This document shows, piece after piece, positions 51,804 through 62,934 of a DNA stretch of 64,000 nt. This stretch comes from Podarcis tiliguerta. Taxonomy: Eukaryota. The stretch lies in assembly GCA_965153285.1 (NCBI GenBank), contig OZ229110.1; one strand, given 5' to 3'. The notes below the pieces were generated by a model. It did not search any database and had not been told where the DNA came from. It saw nothing but the letters and a program-made list of their open reading frames with translations. The position numbers and the translations under genes are program-made. The first letter of the stretch is position 1. Each line of letters opens with the position of its first letter.

Positions 51804-51871
51804 CTTGCCAGTGCTATGCCAACAATACAACCTCCTACAATAGACCAAAATCCAATCCAACCTGCATCCAC
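51804..51871 (-). CDS. SLC49A4: SLC49A4/DIRC2 exon 6 (68 nt)
   Basis: ctAG|GTG ... AG|gtaagt. Encodes VDAGWIGFWSIVGGCIVGIALA(R). Confidence 0.96.
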
Positions 51872-51944
51872 CTAGAAAAGATTTAAGAGTGAACAACACT
51901 GTTATTTCAAGCACAGTAACCATGACAGTATTTACTATAAGCAA

Positions 51945-52160
51945 ATACCCTCTAGAATTCAGAGGTACAGCACTCTGTAGTTCTATTTCACCTTTGATAG
52001 ACCTATTCTCCATTAATTTGTCTAATCTCCTTTTCAAAGTCATCTAAGACAATGACAGTCACCATTTCTTGTGGCAGCAAATAGTATAAGTGAATTTTGT
52101 GATGTTTGATTAAATATCTCCTTTTGTCTAACTCAAATCTATTGCCAATCAGTTTCACTT
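51945..52160 (-). mobile_element. Old CR1 fragment in SLC49A4 intron 5
   Basis: Remnant LKRRLDKLMENRSIKG resembles the CR1 ORF2 C-terminus. Confidence 0.6.
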
Positions 52161-52435
52161 AATAACATTTCCCTCCTAGATTTCTACAGGATTTAGTTTT
52201 TAAAAATGTTAATACACACATTTCAAAAGATGCCAGTGTTATCCTTTTTCCTTAGCCTCTGTTATCTGCAAATGTTTTCAGCATCTATTTCAACTCCAAC
52301 CCGTTGACACTTTTACTACAAAAGCAGGACATAGTCTCCAGTGCATCCTGCTTGGTTGGTTCAGTTACCAGTAGCAAAACCAGTATCTTGCCTATGATGC
52401 ATAAGCTAAGCTAAACAATATACACATATACATAC

Positions 52436-52544
52436 TTGGCTTATGTCCTTTGGGGTTAATATCAAGTCTAGAACACCAGACCATCCCGAGAAAACACCCA
52501 ATGGTATAGCATAGGCTAGAGCAATCATCAGAAACCGTGGGTTG
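52436..52544 (-). CDS. SLC49A4: SLC49A4/DIRC2 exon 5 (109 nt)
   Basis: tttcAG|C ... CAA|gtatgt. Encodes (S)[36 protein letters not shown]. Absent from the ORF track; found by reading the minus strand. Confidence 0.96.
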
Positions 52545-53206
52545 CTGAAAGGAAAATAATAATTAGGAACAGTTTTGCCAATATAAGATTATCAAGTTGT
52601 TCTGTTTTAACTTTGTTGACTTCACTGTGCATGTCACCCAGAGAAAACTTTTATTAGGAAACTCAGAAATTGAATTAAATCAATAACTAAATCTAAATAG
52701 CACCATATATAAACGCTAAAGGCTTATCAAAGGTTAAGTACCTCTGCAGTCACATAACTATTGCAAGACGTTACAGCTTGTGGATGGAATTCTGTCATGT
52801 TCAGATGTTGTTACCACATATTTTAGAGGGAAATTTGTAGCAGGACAAATATTGAGGGACATTAAAGAGCTGAAAGGAATTGCCTTGTCTTGTCTTATAA
52901 GCCTGATTCATTGGGGGGGGGGGTACAAGCTGAAACAGTATGGTGGAAAAACTACAAGGGCACCTCATCCCCACAAAATAATCTTCAATGTAACCCAGGT
53001 GTTCCACTTCAGTGTCTCATGGAGACAGAGTTTGTTTGGCTTCTCTCTCCCTCAAAAAAACAAACAAAAAAAACCAAAGGAACTGTTTGTGATTGGACGG
53101 TTCACAGAGGTGCTTATTAGGCTGAGGAAACAAACAAACTTACGGTCACTTGCTACTGGGGCCCTGCATTTACTTTAATGTGCTTTCACTTTGTAGAACA
53201 CTAATA

Positions 53207-53432
53207 CAGTGGTACCTCGGGTTACATACGCTTCAGGTTACAGACTCCGCTAACCCAGAAATACTACCTCGGGTTAAGAACTTTGCTTCAGGGTGAGAAC
53301 AGAAATCATGCTCCAGCGGCGCAGCAGCAGCGGGAGGCCCCATTAGCTAAAGTAGTGCTTTGGGTTAAGAACAGTTTCAGGTTAAGAACGGACCTCCGGA
53401 ACGAATTTAGTACTTAACCCAAGGTACCACTG
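53207..53432 (-). mobile_element. Tigger/pogo-like MITE, 226 bp, inverted relative to the other copies
   Basis: TA|CAGTGGTACCTCGGGTTACATACG...CCCAAGGTACCACTG|TA. Confidence 0.94.
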
Positions 53433-55172
53433 TATATGAATTGCATTAAGCTGATTTGCCAGGAGGCTAAGCAAGTAGATAGCACAATGTTGTGACAGGA
53501 ATTTAGGCAAGATCTCTTTTTAGTCTCCTCCAAGTATATGACTGAACAATCAAAGAAGCAGCTGCTAATAAGGTGCTTTCCTACTGTACTTCACACTGCT
53601 GTTGCTAAGCTCTTCTTTCTGGCACCACATTTTAAAAGCATTAATTATGTTCCAGCGTGATCTGTAGGACATGCTTCTGCTTCAGACTTTCCTTGCCTTC
53701 AACATTGTTATTATTTTTATTAAACTGCCTTGAGTGCTAACGTTTGTTAGACAACAAGAATCAGTTCATTAAGTGCCGAAAGAAAAATATTTTAGTAACA
53801 AATAATATTTTTCAACTTTATTTGTTGCTGTTACTATTCAGACACACCTCAGTTCCTCGATTACACACCAGCATGAAAAACAAACAGAAACTCAGAAACT
53901 GGCTTCTGCCTGCAGCTCCATTTGCATTTCCACCCTATTAGACTCCTATCAATCGCAGGGAACATGGCTATAGAGCTGGTAGATTGTGGTGTTGGGAGCG
54001 ATCCCTGATCCATAGCAACACGGAGCCCTAAATTATGGCTATTATTTTTGCAGCATGAGCTACGGGATATCTAGCTTAAAATCAAAATATAACTGAGAAC
54101 CATGCTGAAGGTTGTCTGCAGTTACGTTTTCTCCCCTCACTGCTTCAATTGCTGCTTAATTCTACAGAATTAGCTCCAACTTGGGTGGAATGGTGAGAGC
54201 TGAAGTGCTATTCTTAAAAACAGCCAATGAGGTAAAATGTAATATACATGCAAGCACTTGAAACATCTGCTTAATTGCACTCTTCTCTTTTTCTTTAGCT
54301 ATTTGTTTATCAAATAGTAAACAAAGGAAGTGATTTTTTGCCAAGTACACGCCATTCATCCATCAAAGAACAACATCTGTGTGTTTACTACACATGTAAC
54401 AAACTTGGCTCGAAGACACAGTTGTTGAGCTGGGTACCTGGCTGAACAGCCAACTACCCGGTAGAGTGCACACTATACAGAAAACTCTTCAACCTTTTTC
54501 AAATATGTCATGCCTGTGCCCTACTGAAAGCATGAGAGGAAGAAAGCACAGCTTCACTTACATCAGATGATAACTAATGTGATATACTGACATGGCAAAC
54601 AAGATCCTGTACAAACGTGCCTCTCCAAATCTCTATTTTTGCCTAGCAACATAGTGATTTACGGCCCAAGGAGAAAAATCTCAAAAAATGGCAATATTCA
54701 AATAAATCTATAGAAATTATTCACTTGAAAGCCTTTGGAAGGGGGAAGGGAAGAAGAAAGGAATTTGGAAACAGTGACTACAATTTCCATTAAGACAGAG
54801 AGACAACTCCAATAAGCTGTGCTAAGGGATTCAGTGTTTTCCCCCTCTTGAAAACAATTCACCTTCACTGCACACTAAAGGTGAAGCTGTGAAAGCTGTA
54901 TCATCATCATCACCTTGTCAAGTAAGCAAGAGCTGACAGAAAAGCACCAAAGAAACAACTTTACTGTAAATGAAGGAAACAACAAGCTGTTATCTGTTTA
55001 GAAAGAAGTATATGCTTCTCAACTGTTTCCATTTGAGAACTGCGGGGATCATACAGCTTCACCGTCCATGATTTACTAAAGGCATGGCCAGTAAATCAGT
55101 ATTATGTTCTGTATTAAGAATTTGTCTTTTCCCTGTTAAGTACAGTAGCATGGGTCAGCAGGTCAGATGGGG

Positions 55173-55330
55173 ACTGTTGCTCTTGCAGTAGGGATCCGTT
55201 TTGTGGAAGCTGACTTGTTGGTATGGGAAGCGTCATTTTGTACACGTGCTTTATTTGAGCAGAACAGAACTGCTTCCCATACCAACAAGTCAGCTTCCAC
55301 AAAAAAGAGCCCTACTGCAAGAGCAACAGT
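55173..55330. repeat. Long inverted repeat: 59-bp arms (56/59 identical), 40-bp spacer
   Basis: Arms 55173-55231 and 55272-55330. The ORF track shows VALAVG..FVEADLLVWEA on both strands. Confidence 0.97.
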
Positions 55331-55360
55331 TAATTTTTCAAAAATCCTTAAACTAAAGTA

Positions 55361-55619
55361 CCGTATTTTTTGCTCTATAAGACTCACTTTTCCCCTCCTA
55401 AAAAGTAAGGGGAAATGTGTGTGCATCTTATGGAGCGAATGCAGGCTGTGCAGCTATCCCAGAAGCCAGAACAGCAAGAGGGATTGCTGCTTTCACTGCG
55501 TAGCGATCCCTCTTGCTGTTCTGGCTTCTGGGATTCAGAATATTTCTTTTCTTGTTTTCCTCCTCCAAAAAATAGGTGCGTCTTATGGTCTGGTGCGTCT
55601 TATAGAGCGAAAAATACAG
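55361..55619 (-). mobile_element. Short Tc2-like MITE with internal hairpin
   Basis: TA|CCGTATTTTTTGCTCTATAAGACTCAC ... GTGCGTCTTATAGAGCGAAAAATACAG|TA; oriented opposite to the 37657 and 46386 copies. Confidence 0.9.
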
Positions 55620-58600
55620 TAACTACCCAAGCAAAATTTCACAGAAATGACATGATCAGCTGTTGCAACCCCCAGATTTTATCATCACCATCATCACCTA
55701 TATGCTAATTTCCTTCTAAAGAACTGTTTCAATGCAATTTACACATAATGCACCTACAGCAACGAGGTTGATTTACACATAATGCAGCTATGGCATTCTC
55801 TTTACAGCCCTGCTTTCAAATTTCTTCTCACATGTAGCAATGAGATGGAAACACCTTTTGATTCTGCACCATGCTCCAAGCCATTTATTCTGACATAAAA
55901 GGCATTATAAATATAGTCTTCATCAAATGCTCATGTTGGTTTTCTTATTAATAAGGGAATGGAAGACTTATCGTGTTCTCATGCCTTTCCATTCTCTGCT
56001 TAACCTTTTCAAAATTACTAACATGTCCGTTGAGATGGCAGAATTATTTAAACTATTAGGATTCCTTCTTTCTTCCCACACCTCATATACTAAACCGCAC
56101 CTGCTGTAATTTATAGCATCAGTATTTTGCAGTGCAATCGATCTCTGCTGCATTTAGTTAGGTTTAAAACTATTTTAGGTACAGAAAAGGTAGAAGATCC
56201 ATTCTAGGCATAGGAGAAATGGTTCACAGAGCTGGGGAAAAACTGGTCATTTGGATAACCAGTAAATGATGTTGGCAATGATCCTGCCACTATTTAGTAG
56301 TAGCTATATACCAAGACTGAATTGAGATGCCACATGATATAACTATTAAATAAGGAAAAAACTTACCAAATTGAATCTTCTCCAATGTAAAGCTTTAGAA
56401 CATAATTTATAATCTATTTATTTAAAATGCACACAAACATAAACACATGGTACCAGCCTACTGAAAGCTACAGCCAGTCATCTTTCTCTCAAGTGATTAA
56501 AATAAAGGTAATATTTAGAAGTAATATTTGAAGAAATTTAACAACTAACTCCCTCTTTTCCCCATACCCACTAATCTGCCCCGAAGGGTTGGAAGAATCC
56601 CCAGAGCAGATCTGGAGTATATGCAAGGGGAGCAGAGGGAGGGAAAGTTTCACTCATGGAATGCTCACAGAACCATTCCATGCCCACAGTTACTTAGCTG
56701 GATGCAATCCTGCACAAATAAATAAATACCAAGGCTTAGTAGTCATATACTTCTAGCTTCCTGCTTCTTAAGCAAGAAATAATTCACTCTGCTACAACCA
56801 ATTATAAAATAAGCTACTTACTCTAGACAAAAATGATTAAACACCTTCCATTAATAGCTATGATAAACAGCCTCATCCATTCTGGGTGAACAGCATCAAG
56901 TGCAATGCCGGCAGCTCCACCTGTGCAGCATCACAACTCATGCTTCAGCAAAGTGTTTGAAGACACTACAATGGTGGGCCAACGCAAGCACAGCAGAAGA
57001 ATCAGAGGCAATGCTAGCAGTGGGGGGACACAATGGAGTGGGGACCACCTACGGTACATAACAAGAACCCAATACGATCCTTGAACCAGTTATTGTGAAC
57101 GCAAGACTCTACTCAGAAAACCAAAACACATACCATTTATTTAATATCCTTCTGTGAGAGGAAATTTGACTCTCCATAAAGTTTCTCCTTCTGCTGCTTG
57201 TCTTTACTGTTTTATTACATAGTTTTAGTAGTACTTACTGAATTAATATTTTATGTAAGTTAGGGCTAGGGAACCATATACCAGATATGATTGCCCAACC
57301 AGGACTGTCAATGACCAGAGATGGTGGAAGCTAGTCCAAGAACATCTGGTGGGCCCACAGGTTCCCCAGCCTTGTGTAAACTACTCTGTGACATTTATCT
57401 GAAAAGCGGCAGATAAATACGGTAGGCAAACAAGTATGAGTTGACACAGCTAATGAAATTGTACACTGATCACACAACACAGACATCAATGTTGATGCAC
57501 ACTTCAGCACAAATATTACAAATGGAAAAGAAAGGACACTGAATAGGTGTTGCCAACACCAACACCCCCGTTTGCACTGAAGCAAGGATGGAACAGCAGC
57601 AGCGTATTGCTGGCATCCAAAAAAATAATAACCACACTGCATATTCCTAAATGAGCTTACACAACACAATCTGTAAAGACAGCTCAATGCAAATCACTTT
57701 CTGGCCAGTAACTACAATAGCTCAAGAGAAAAACTTCTGCACTATTCATTCGTTGTCTAGATTCTAAATAACAATGCCGTGATTAAACCTGACCAGTATA
57801 CGCTCTGAGAGCACATGAAGAATTCTGAAGGCAACAGCTTTCGAGATTATTACATTTGCACAGCATACACAATTTGCATACTGTGCACTATCTGTATTTA
57901 TTTATTTCATTTATATATGGAGCTCAAGGTGGTGTAGATGCTTCTCCTCCCCATTTTACCCTCATAATTATCCCAAAACCATTTAAAACATCCGCCCAGT
58001 GACAGGTTAGTTACACAAAGACACAGACACACCTACTCAAGAGACAAAAAATTAAGAAGAAACATTTGGAAGGTCAGGAAAATATAGTGTACAAGGTAAA
58101 TGAAAGAGCAAGTTCCAAGGGCTTCTTAAAAGGGAAATAGCCAACATAGAATTAGTCTGCTCTTATATTATTAATCGTGACCAGCATTTCAAATTACAGC
58201 CTCATAGACAGAAATATATTCAGTATGTAAGTATAGGAGTGTATTCTTTTTTCTTTTATCTTTAAAAGGCTGGTAAATTTGAACTTTTGTAGTTCTCCAT
58301 TCAACTTTACAGGGATCTCAGATTCAGCGTTTAGAATATTATGAACAAGCATCCATTTTATTAACATAGCTCCCAGATGGAGCCCTGTCAATAGGCATTT
58401 TATATTCCACCTGCAGATCCAGCTGTTATTCAGGTTTTTATTTGACAGTAACATTTTTACAACACAGCCCGCAGGCAGACAAGGAGGCTGGCTCTCAGGT
58501 GACAGCAGCAAAAATGGTGCCAAGTGTCCTAAATGGAAATTGATACTTTATATATATAAAACAGTATCTTGCATACTCCTCGGTTTCTACTGACTGGCTA

Positions 58601-59708
58601 ATTCCATTTTGGGACCCAAAAAATATAAGCCACAATTAACAGAGGAATTAGGGTCTCTTCTTCTCTGTCCTTGCAGTACTCAAGTTCTCTGGGAAGAAGA
58701 ATAAATCATTTGAGAGATTATCTTCTCTTGAGTTTCCAAGGCGTGTCAGGAAATGATGAGAATATAAATGAGGAATCATGTATTAGTGTATAGCAAGGGC
58801 GTATGGTATAATTTTGTGAACATGCAGAAAAAGCATAGAACACAGGTTTGTCTGCAAAAGAAGGTTCCCCGAGAAGCTCTGTTTTTGCCTTAAGAAAGAG
58901 TAAGCTTCTAGTGATTATTCCAAAGGTATATTTGAAAGTTTAGGTTAAGTAGAGAATAAACAGGAATTATTAAGTCTTATGGGGGAATCACTCTGTTCAT
59001 TGGTGCGCCACCCAAAGTAGAAAGGATCACCCCCCCCCCCGATGTTTTTATCTCTCCACTCAGTCTCTTTTCCTCTTGTCAATCTTCTTATATAAGGAGG
59101 GCAGAACGGTCATCAATAGTAAGTAACAGATACATTTTGCTACCCACTCAGTTCACACTCAGAAAATAACACGACTCCTCATGGTTTGCTCAGCAGACCA
59201 CCTTCAAGTTAACTTCTCTAGTAAAGAACTATAGAAATGATCCCTGAGTGTATTTCCCTACAGTTTTAGAAAAACTTTTAAAAACAAAAAATGCTGCATA
59301 GTTCATTTTCCTTGCACAATTTAGGCTTGACTGGTAAGGTCCAACACTAGTAAGGAGACTTCATTTTGCTTCGATGAAGATACACAAAATCTTCACTAAA
59401 AATAGAGAACTGATTCAGCTTCTTAGTCAACATGAACAAACTAATCTGTTTCACTGGCTTTTAAAATGCCTTTCTGTTATAATGTCATTTTGTTGTACCA
59501 TAGTAATTGTTGAGACTACGTAATTTCAAAATTGTGGAAGACTGCACCCTGGAAAAGCAGTATGTATTGTAGCCTACAATACAACACACTACAATACATA
59601 CTGTAGCTTAATATTGTAGCTTACAATATTATTTTAAAACCCACAAACATTATAAAAAGGGCAGGAGTGCCATGACCTCCTGTACCAAGCTGGCCAAAGT
59701 ATACATAC

Positions 59709-59838
59709 CTTAATAGCCTACAAAAACTTCTTCTGTAGCTGAGCCTCTGGCTAGCTGCAGCCACACTGGGTGGAAATGGAGGACGTGATGGGAAGTAGGC
59801 AAGGGCTGCAGAGAATATCAAGGCCACGAAGCCAAATT
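59709..59838 (-). CDS. SLC49A4: SLC49A4/DIRC2 exon 4 (130 nt)
   Basis: cttAG|AA ... AG|gtatgt. Encodes (E)[42 protein letters not shown](S); phases 1/2 fit neighbours. Confidence 0.96.
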
Positions 59839-59879
59839 CTAAGGGAATACAAATGGGAAAAACAAACCATTATGGTAGA

Positions 59880-59892
59880 TGCTGCTGCTGCT

Positions 59893-59923
<31 letters not shown>

Positions 59924-59935
59924 TATTATCCTATT
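59880..59935. repeat. Compound (TGC)n(ATC)n microsatellite
   Basis: tgctgctgctgct followed by about eight to nine ATC units; source of the spurious poly-Cys/His/Ser ORFs. Confidence 0.9.
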
Positions 59936-60221
59936 ATCATTTCATATGAAACACCTCAAAGCACTCAACAATATCAGCAATGCAAATATATGTGCAAAAC
60001 CAAAGCAATTCAAATTTGGTTCAGATACACTGGAGTAACAGATCTCAACTCAAATCGCTTCTGGGAAATCTTTATCCACAGGTGCAAAAAAACAAACAAG
60101 AAGAGGCAATAAGGATTCCACCTTACTGATGTGCAACAGGAATGGAATATGAATATTCACAGAATATACGATTTGATCCACACATTGATTAAAAAGTGAA
60201 CCCTGGTGCACAGAAACAGCA

Positions 60222-60390
60222 NNNNNNNNNNNNNNNNNNNNNNNNNNNNNNNNNNNNNNNNNNNNNNNNNNNNNNNNNNNNNNNNNNNNNNNNNNNNNNN
60301 NNNNNNNNNNNNNNNNNNNNNNNNNNNNNNNNNNNNNNNNNNNNNNNNNNNNNNNNNNNNNNNNNNNNNNNNNNNNNNNNNNNNNNNNNN
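60222..60390. other. Assembly gap (169 N)
   Basis: Run of N in SLC49A4 intron 3. Confidence 1.
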
Positions 60391-62084
60391 AAATACAAGG
60401 AATGAACAAACACATACAGTACTATTTGCTCACAGGGTCCACTCCCTCTGTTGTTCCAGCCAGTCCCAATATTATAAGACCAGGCACCTGAGACAGGTTT
60501 TAAAGGACAACCGCCACAGCAAAGTTTTGATCTTTCCCTTGGCTAAGAGATGTAGAATGCCTCACTTTTAAAGGACAGGCAACTAGGACACCATCAACCC
60601 CACCACCACCACCACCTAATGTTATTCCTTCACTGAATAATTGCTTTTTCACCCCAGGCCATGTAGACAAGTGGCAAATTGCAATCTCCGAGTTAAATAT
60701 ATAAACTGCCGCTTTACTGGGACAATGTAGGGGAAGAGCTTTTAGCAATCTAAACTCCTACATAAATTCTCAGTAGAATTTTAGGAGTAGAAGATTAATT
60801 GCAAAAGCACTGTGTAGTACTAGAAAGCAACAAGGGGCAGGGGAAGTGACTGAAATGGAAAGTGCAGGAAAACCATTTCAGGTGAAAAGCACAACAGGAA
60901 GGAAGCATCCTGTCCAAAATGCTATGTGAGCATCTAAGGAACAACAAGAGTATGGGGTTCATAGCAGCCTAATATGCTATTTGGAGTCCATCCATGGCTT
61001 TAAATTTAAGCTTCAAATAGGGTTCCAATACTAGCACAGAAGTAATTAAATCTAAGAATAGAGTCTGAAAGCATGTGTCAGCAGAAGGGACAAACTATGT
61101 AGGGATGAAGCAGAGGAGGTCAGAACATATGAAAAACGAAGGCAATAGTCATGGCATTATTCACTAAAGTTGAATCCAAACAGAAGACCAGACAGAAGTG
61201 GCACCTAGTCGGTATCCTGTATCTGACAAATTAAAAGTCCTTGATGCTTCAAAAGGAAGCATGTGCAACAGAAAACCACAGAAGCACCTCCCAGTTCCTG
61301 GTGTTCACTTTTAGCATCCCATGTTCAAAAATGTAGGAGCAACCTGATCAAGAGAACTATGGTACAAATCGCATAGCTTTTCCAACGCAGAGTTTTATAC
61401 AAAGTCACATCAATGAAGAAACAATGATTCAACTCAAATGTTTTCAGTAAAAGCAGCAAGCAGGTCTACATAAATTCATTCAGCTTTATTCAGCTGTACC
61501 TGCCTAGTGGCAGCCAAATTAATCTCAAGCATCCATTTACAAGAACATACAACATTTGGCCCAACTGCCTTCCCTGCCCAATTGTAATATATAAGGTTGT
61601 CCCAATGCCCTATAAATATTAGCTTCTTTACACTAAAAAATCAATAACCATAATCCAAAAAGCTAGAAGAAAAACTGTTCTGTGATAAGGCAACACATTC
61701 TGAAAAAGCCAGTATCATCACTCACCAAAAACCCCCAAACTCGTTCCCCTTTTTTCGAGGAAAAAATGAGTATGATGCAAGGAGTTTGACAGGTCTGCTA
61801 AGTGAAGGGTAAATATTTCTAGTTTTGTATGGGCTGAATCCAGTGTTACAGCTCTACCCACACAACAGACCAACACAATAAACTTCCTATTCCTCTTCTG
61901 TTTTTTCCAGCCTCCCACACATACCCAAATTATTTCCAGAGCGTTGGGACACCCTACAGAGCAGATTTTGGAGATGTGCAGGGAAGGAAAGGAAACAGAA
62001 CCCTGCTTCACAAGCATAACTACTGTGCTGGATACAGCAGCAGCATTATTATTATACATTCTCTCTAGTGGCAAATATGGCCTG

Positions 62085-62249
62085 GGTCTGTAGTCATTGT
62101 TTTATTGTTTATCTACTCTGAATTTTTTGTTGTATTTTAAATTTCTGTTTATGTGATAATATCTAGCCCTGATAGCATGTTCTGATAGAGGGCAGATTAG
62201 GAATTTTAAAAATACAACCAACCAACCAACCAATCAATCAATCAATCAA
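62085..62249 (+). mobile_element. Degraded L2-like 3' end with (CAAC)n(CAAT)n tail
   Basis: T-rich stretch, then GCCCTGA...GAGGGCAGATTAGGAATTTT, then tetranucleotide repeats. Confidence 0.5.
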
Positions 62250-62879
62250 GTGAGACTACATTGGCGGGCACCAGTTGCTATTTCAGAAGTTTTCATATTG
62301 ATTTTAATGTATATGTTTTATTCACCATGCTGCTGTTTTGTTTGTTTTATACCAGCTGAGTTACACTTAATATATTGTTGGTTTATTTTGTTTGTCTGAT
62401 GCTTATATTTTGTTCCCTATCTTTTGGGAGCTTGGTTCAGAAAAGGACTGATAAATATTTAAATAAAATACAATATACCGGTATGGAAAGTATTCACAAC
62501 AGCTGAAAGTTCACACTGCCCGGCCGGCCTGCAAAATTAGTTTGTCATTTTTAGCTATACTACATTGGTGCTGTGGGCAGTTAGTGTCCTGGCCCTCATT
62601 GCCAAAGGCTTTAATGATCAAATCAGATTGATATGTAAGGCAAACAACAAATTAAAAGGTCCAGTAGGTACACAAGAAGTGAGAATGCATTTTAAGCAGT
62701 TCCCAGCTATGGAAACGAATGGAAGTCAAAGTTTTCCTCTTGAAAAACCAACTACTTTTATATTCCTTGATTACTTGTAACTTTCCAGCTAACAACTAAT
62801 ATAAACACATGCCTAACAGATACATTTTAGTGTTTCTGCATTAACACAACACTCCAGCCATTTCCTCTCCAGTCAACAT

Positions 62880-62934
62880 GAGTGAGTGAATGAATGAATG
62901 AATATTTATTATTACAGCTAAACAGCCAGCATAC
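62880..62934 (-). mobile_element. 55-bp 5'-truncated retroelement tail with 13-bp TSD
   Basis: Flanked by CTCCAGTCAACAT (62867-62879) and CTCCAGTCAGCAT (62935-62947); minus strand reads GCTGGCTGTTTAGCTGTAATAATAAATA(TTCA)n. Confidence 0.7.

Noticed and set aside
59853-60112. Poly-Cys/His and poly-Ser ORFs
   Set aside because: Translations of a (TGC)(ATC) microsatellite.
60050-60571. ORFs spanning the N run
   Set aside because: Artefacts of the assembly gap; exons 3 and 4 join in phase, so no missing coding exon is required.
477-62780. Most ORFs in the six-frame track (e.g. 14024..14539, 37597..38100, 55167..55622)
   Set aside because: No recognisable protein similarity; the longer ones arise from GC-rich MITEs or palindromes. 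Only those overlapping SLC49A4 exons or LINE remnants are meaningful.
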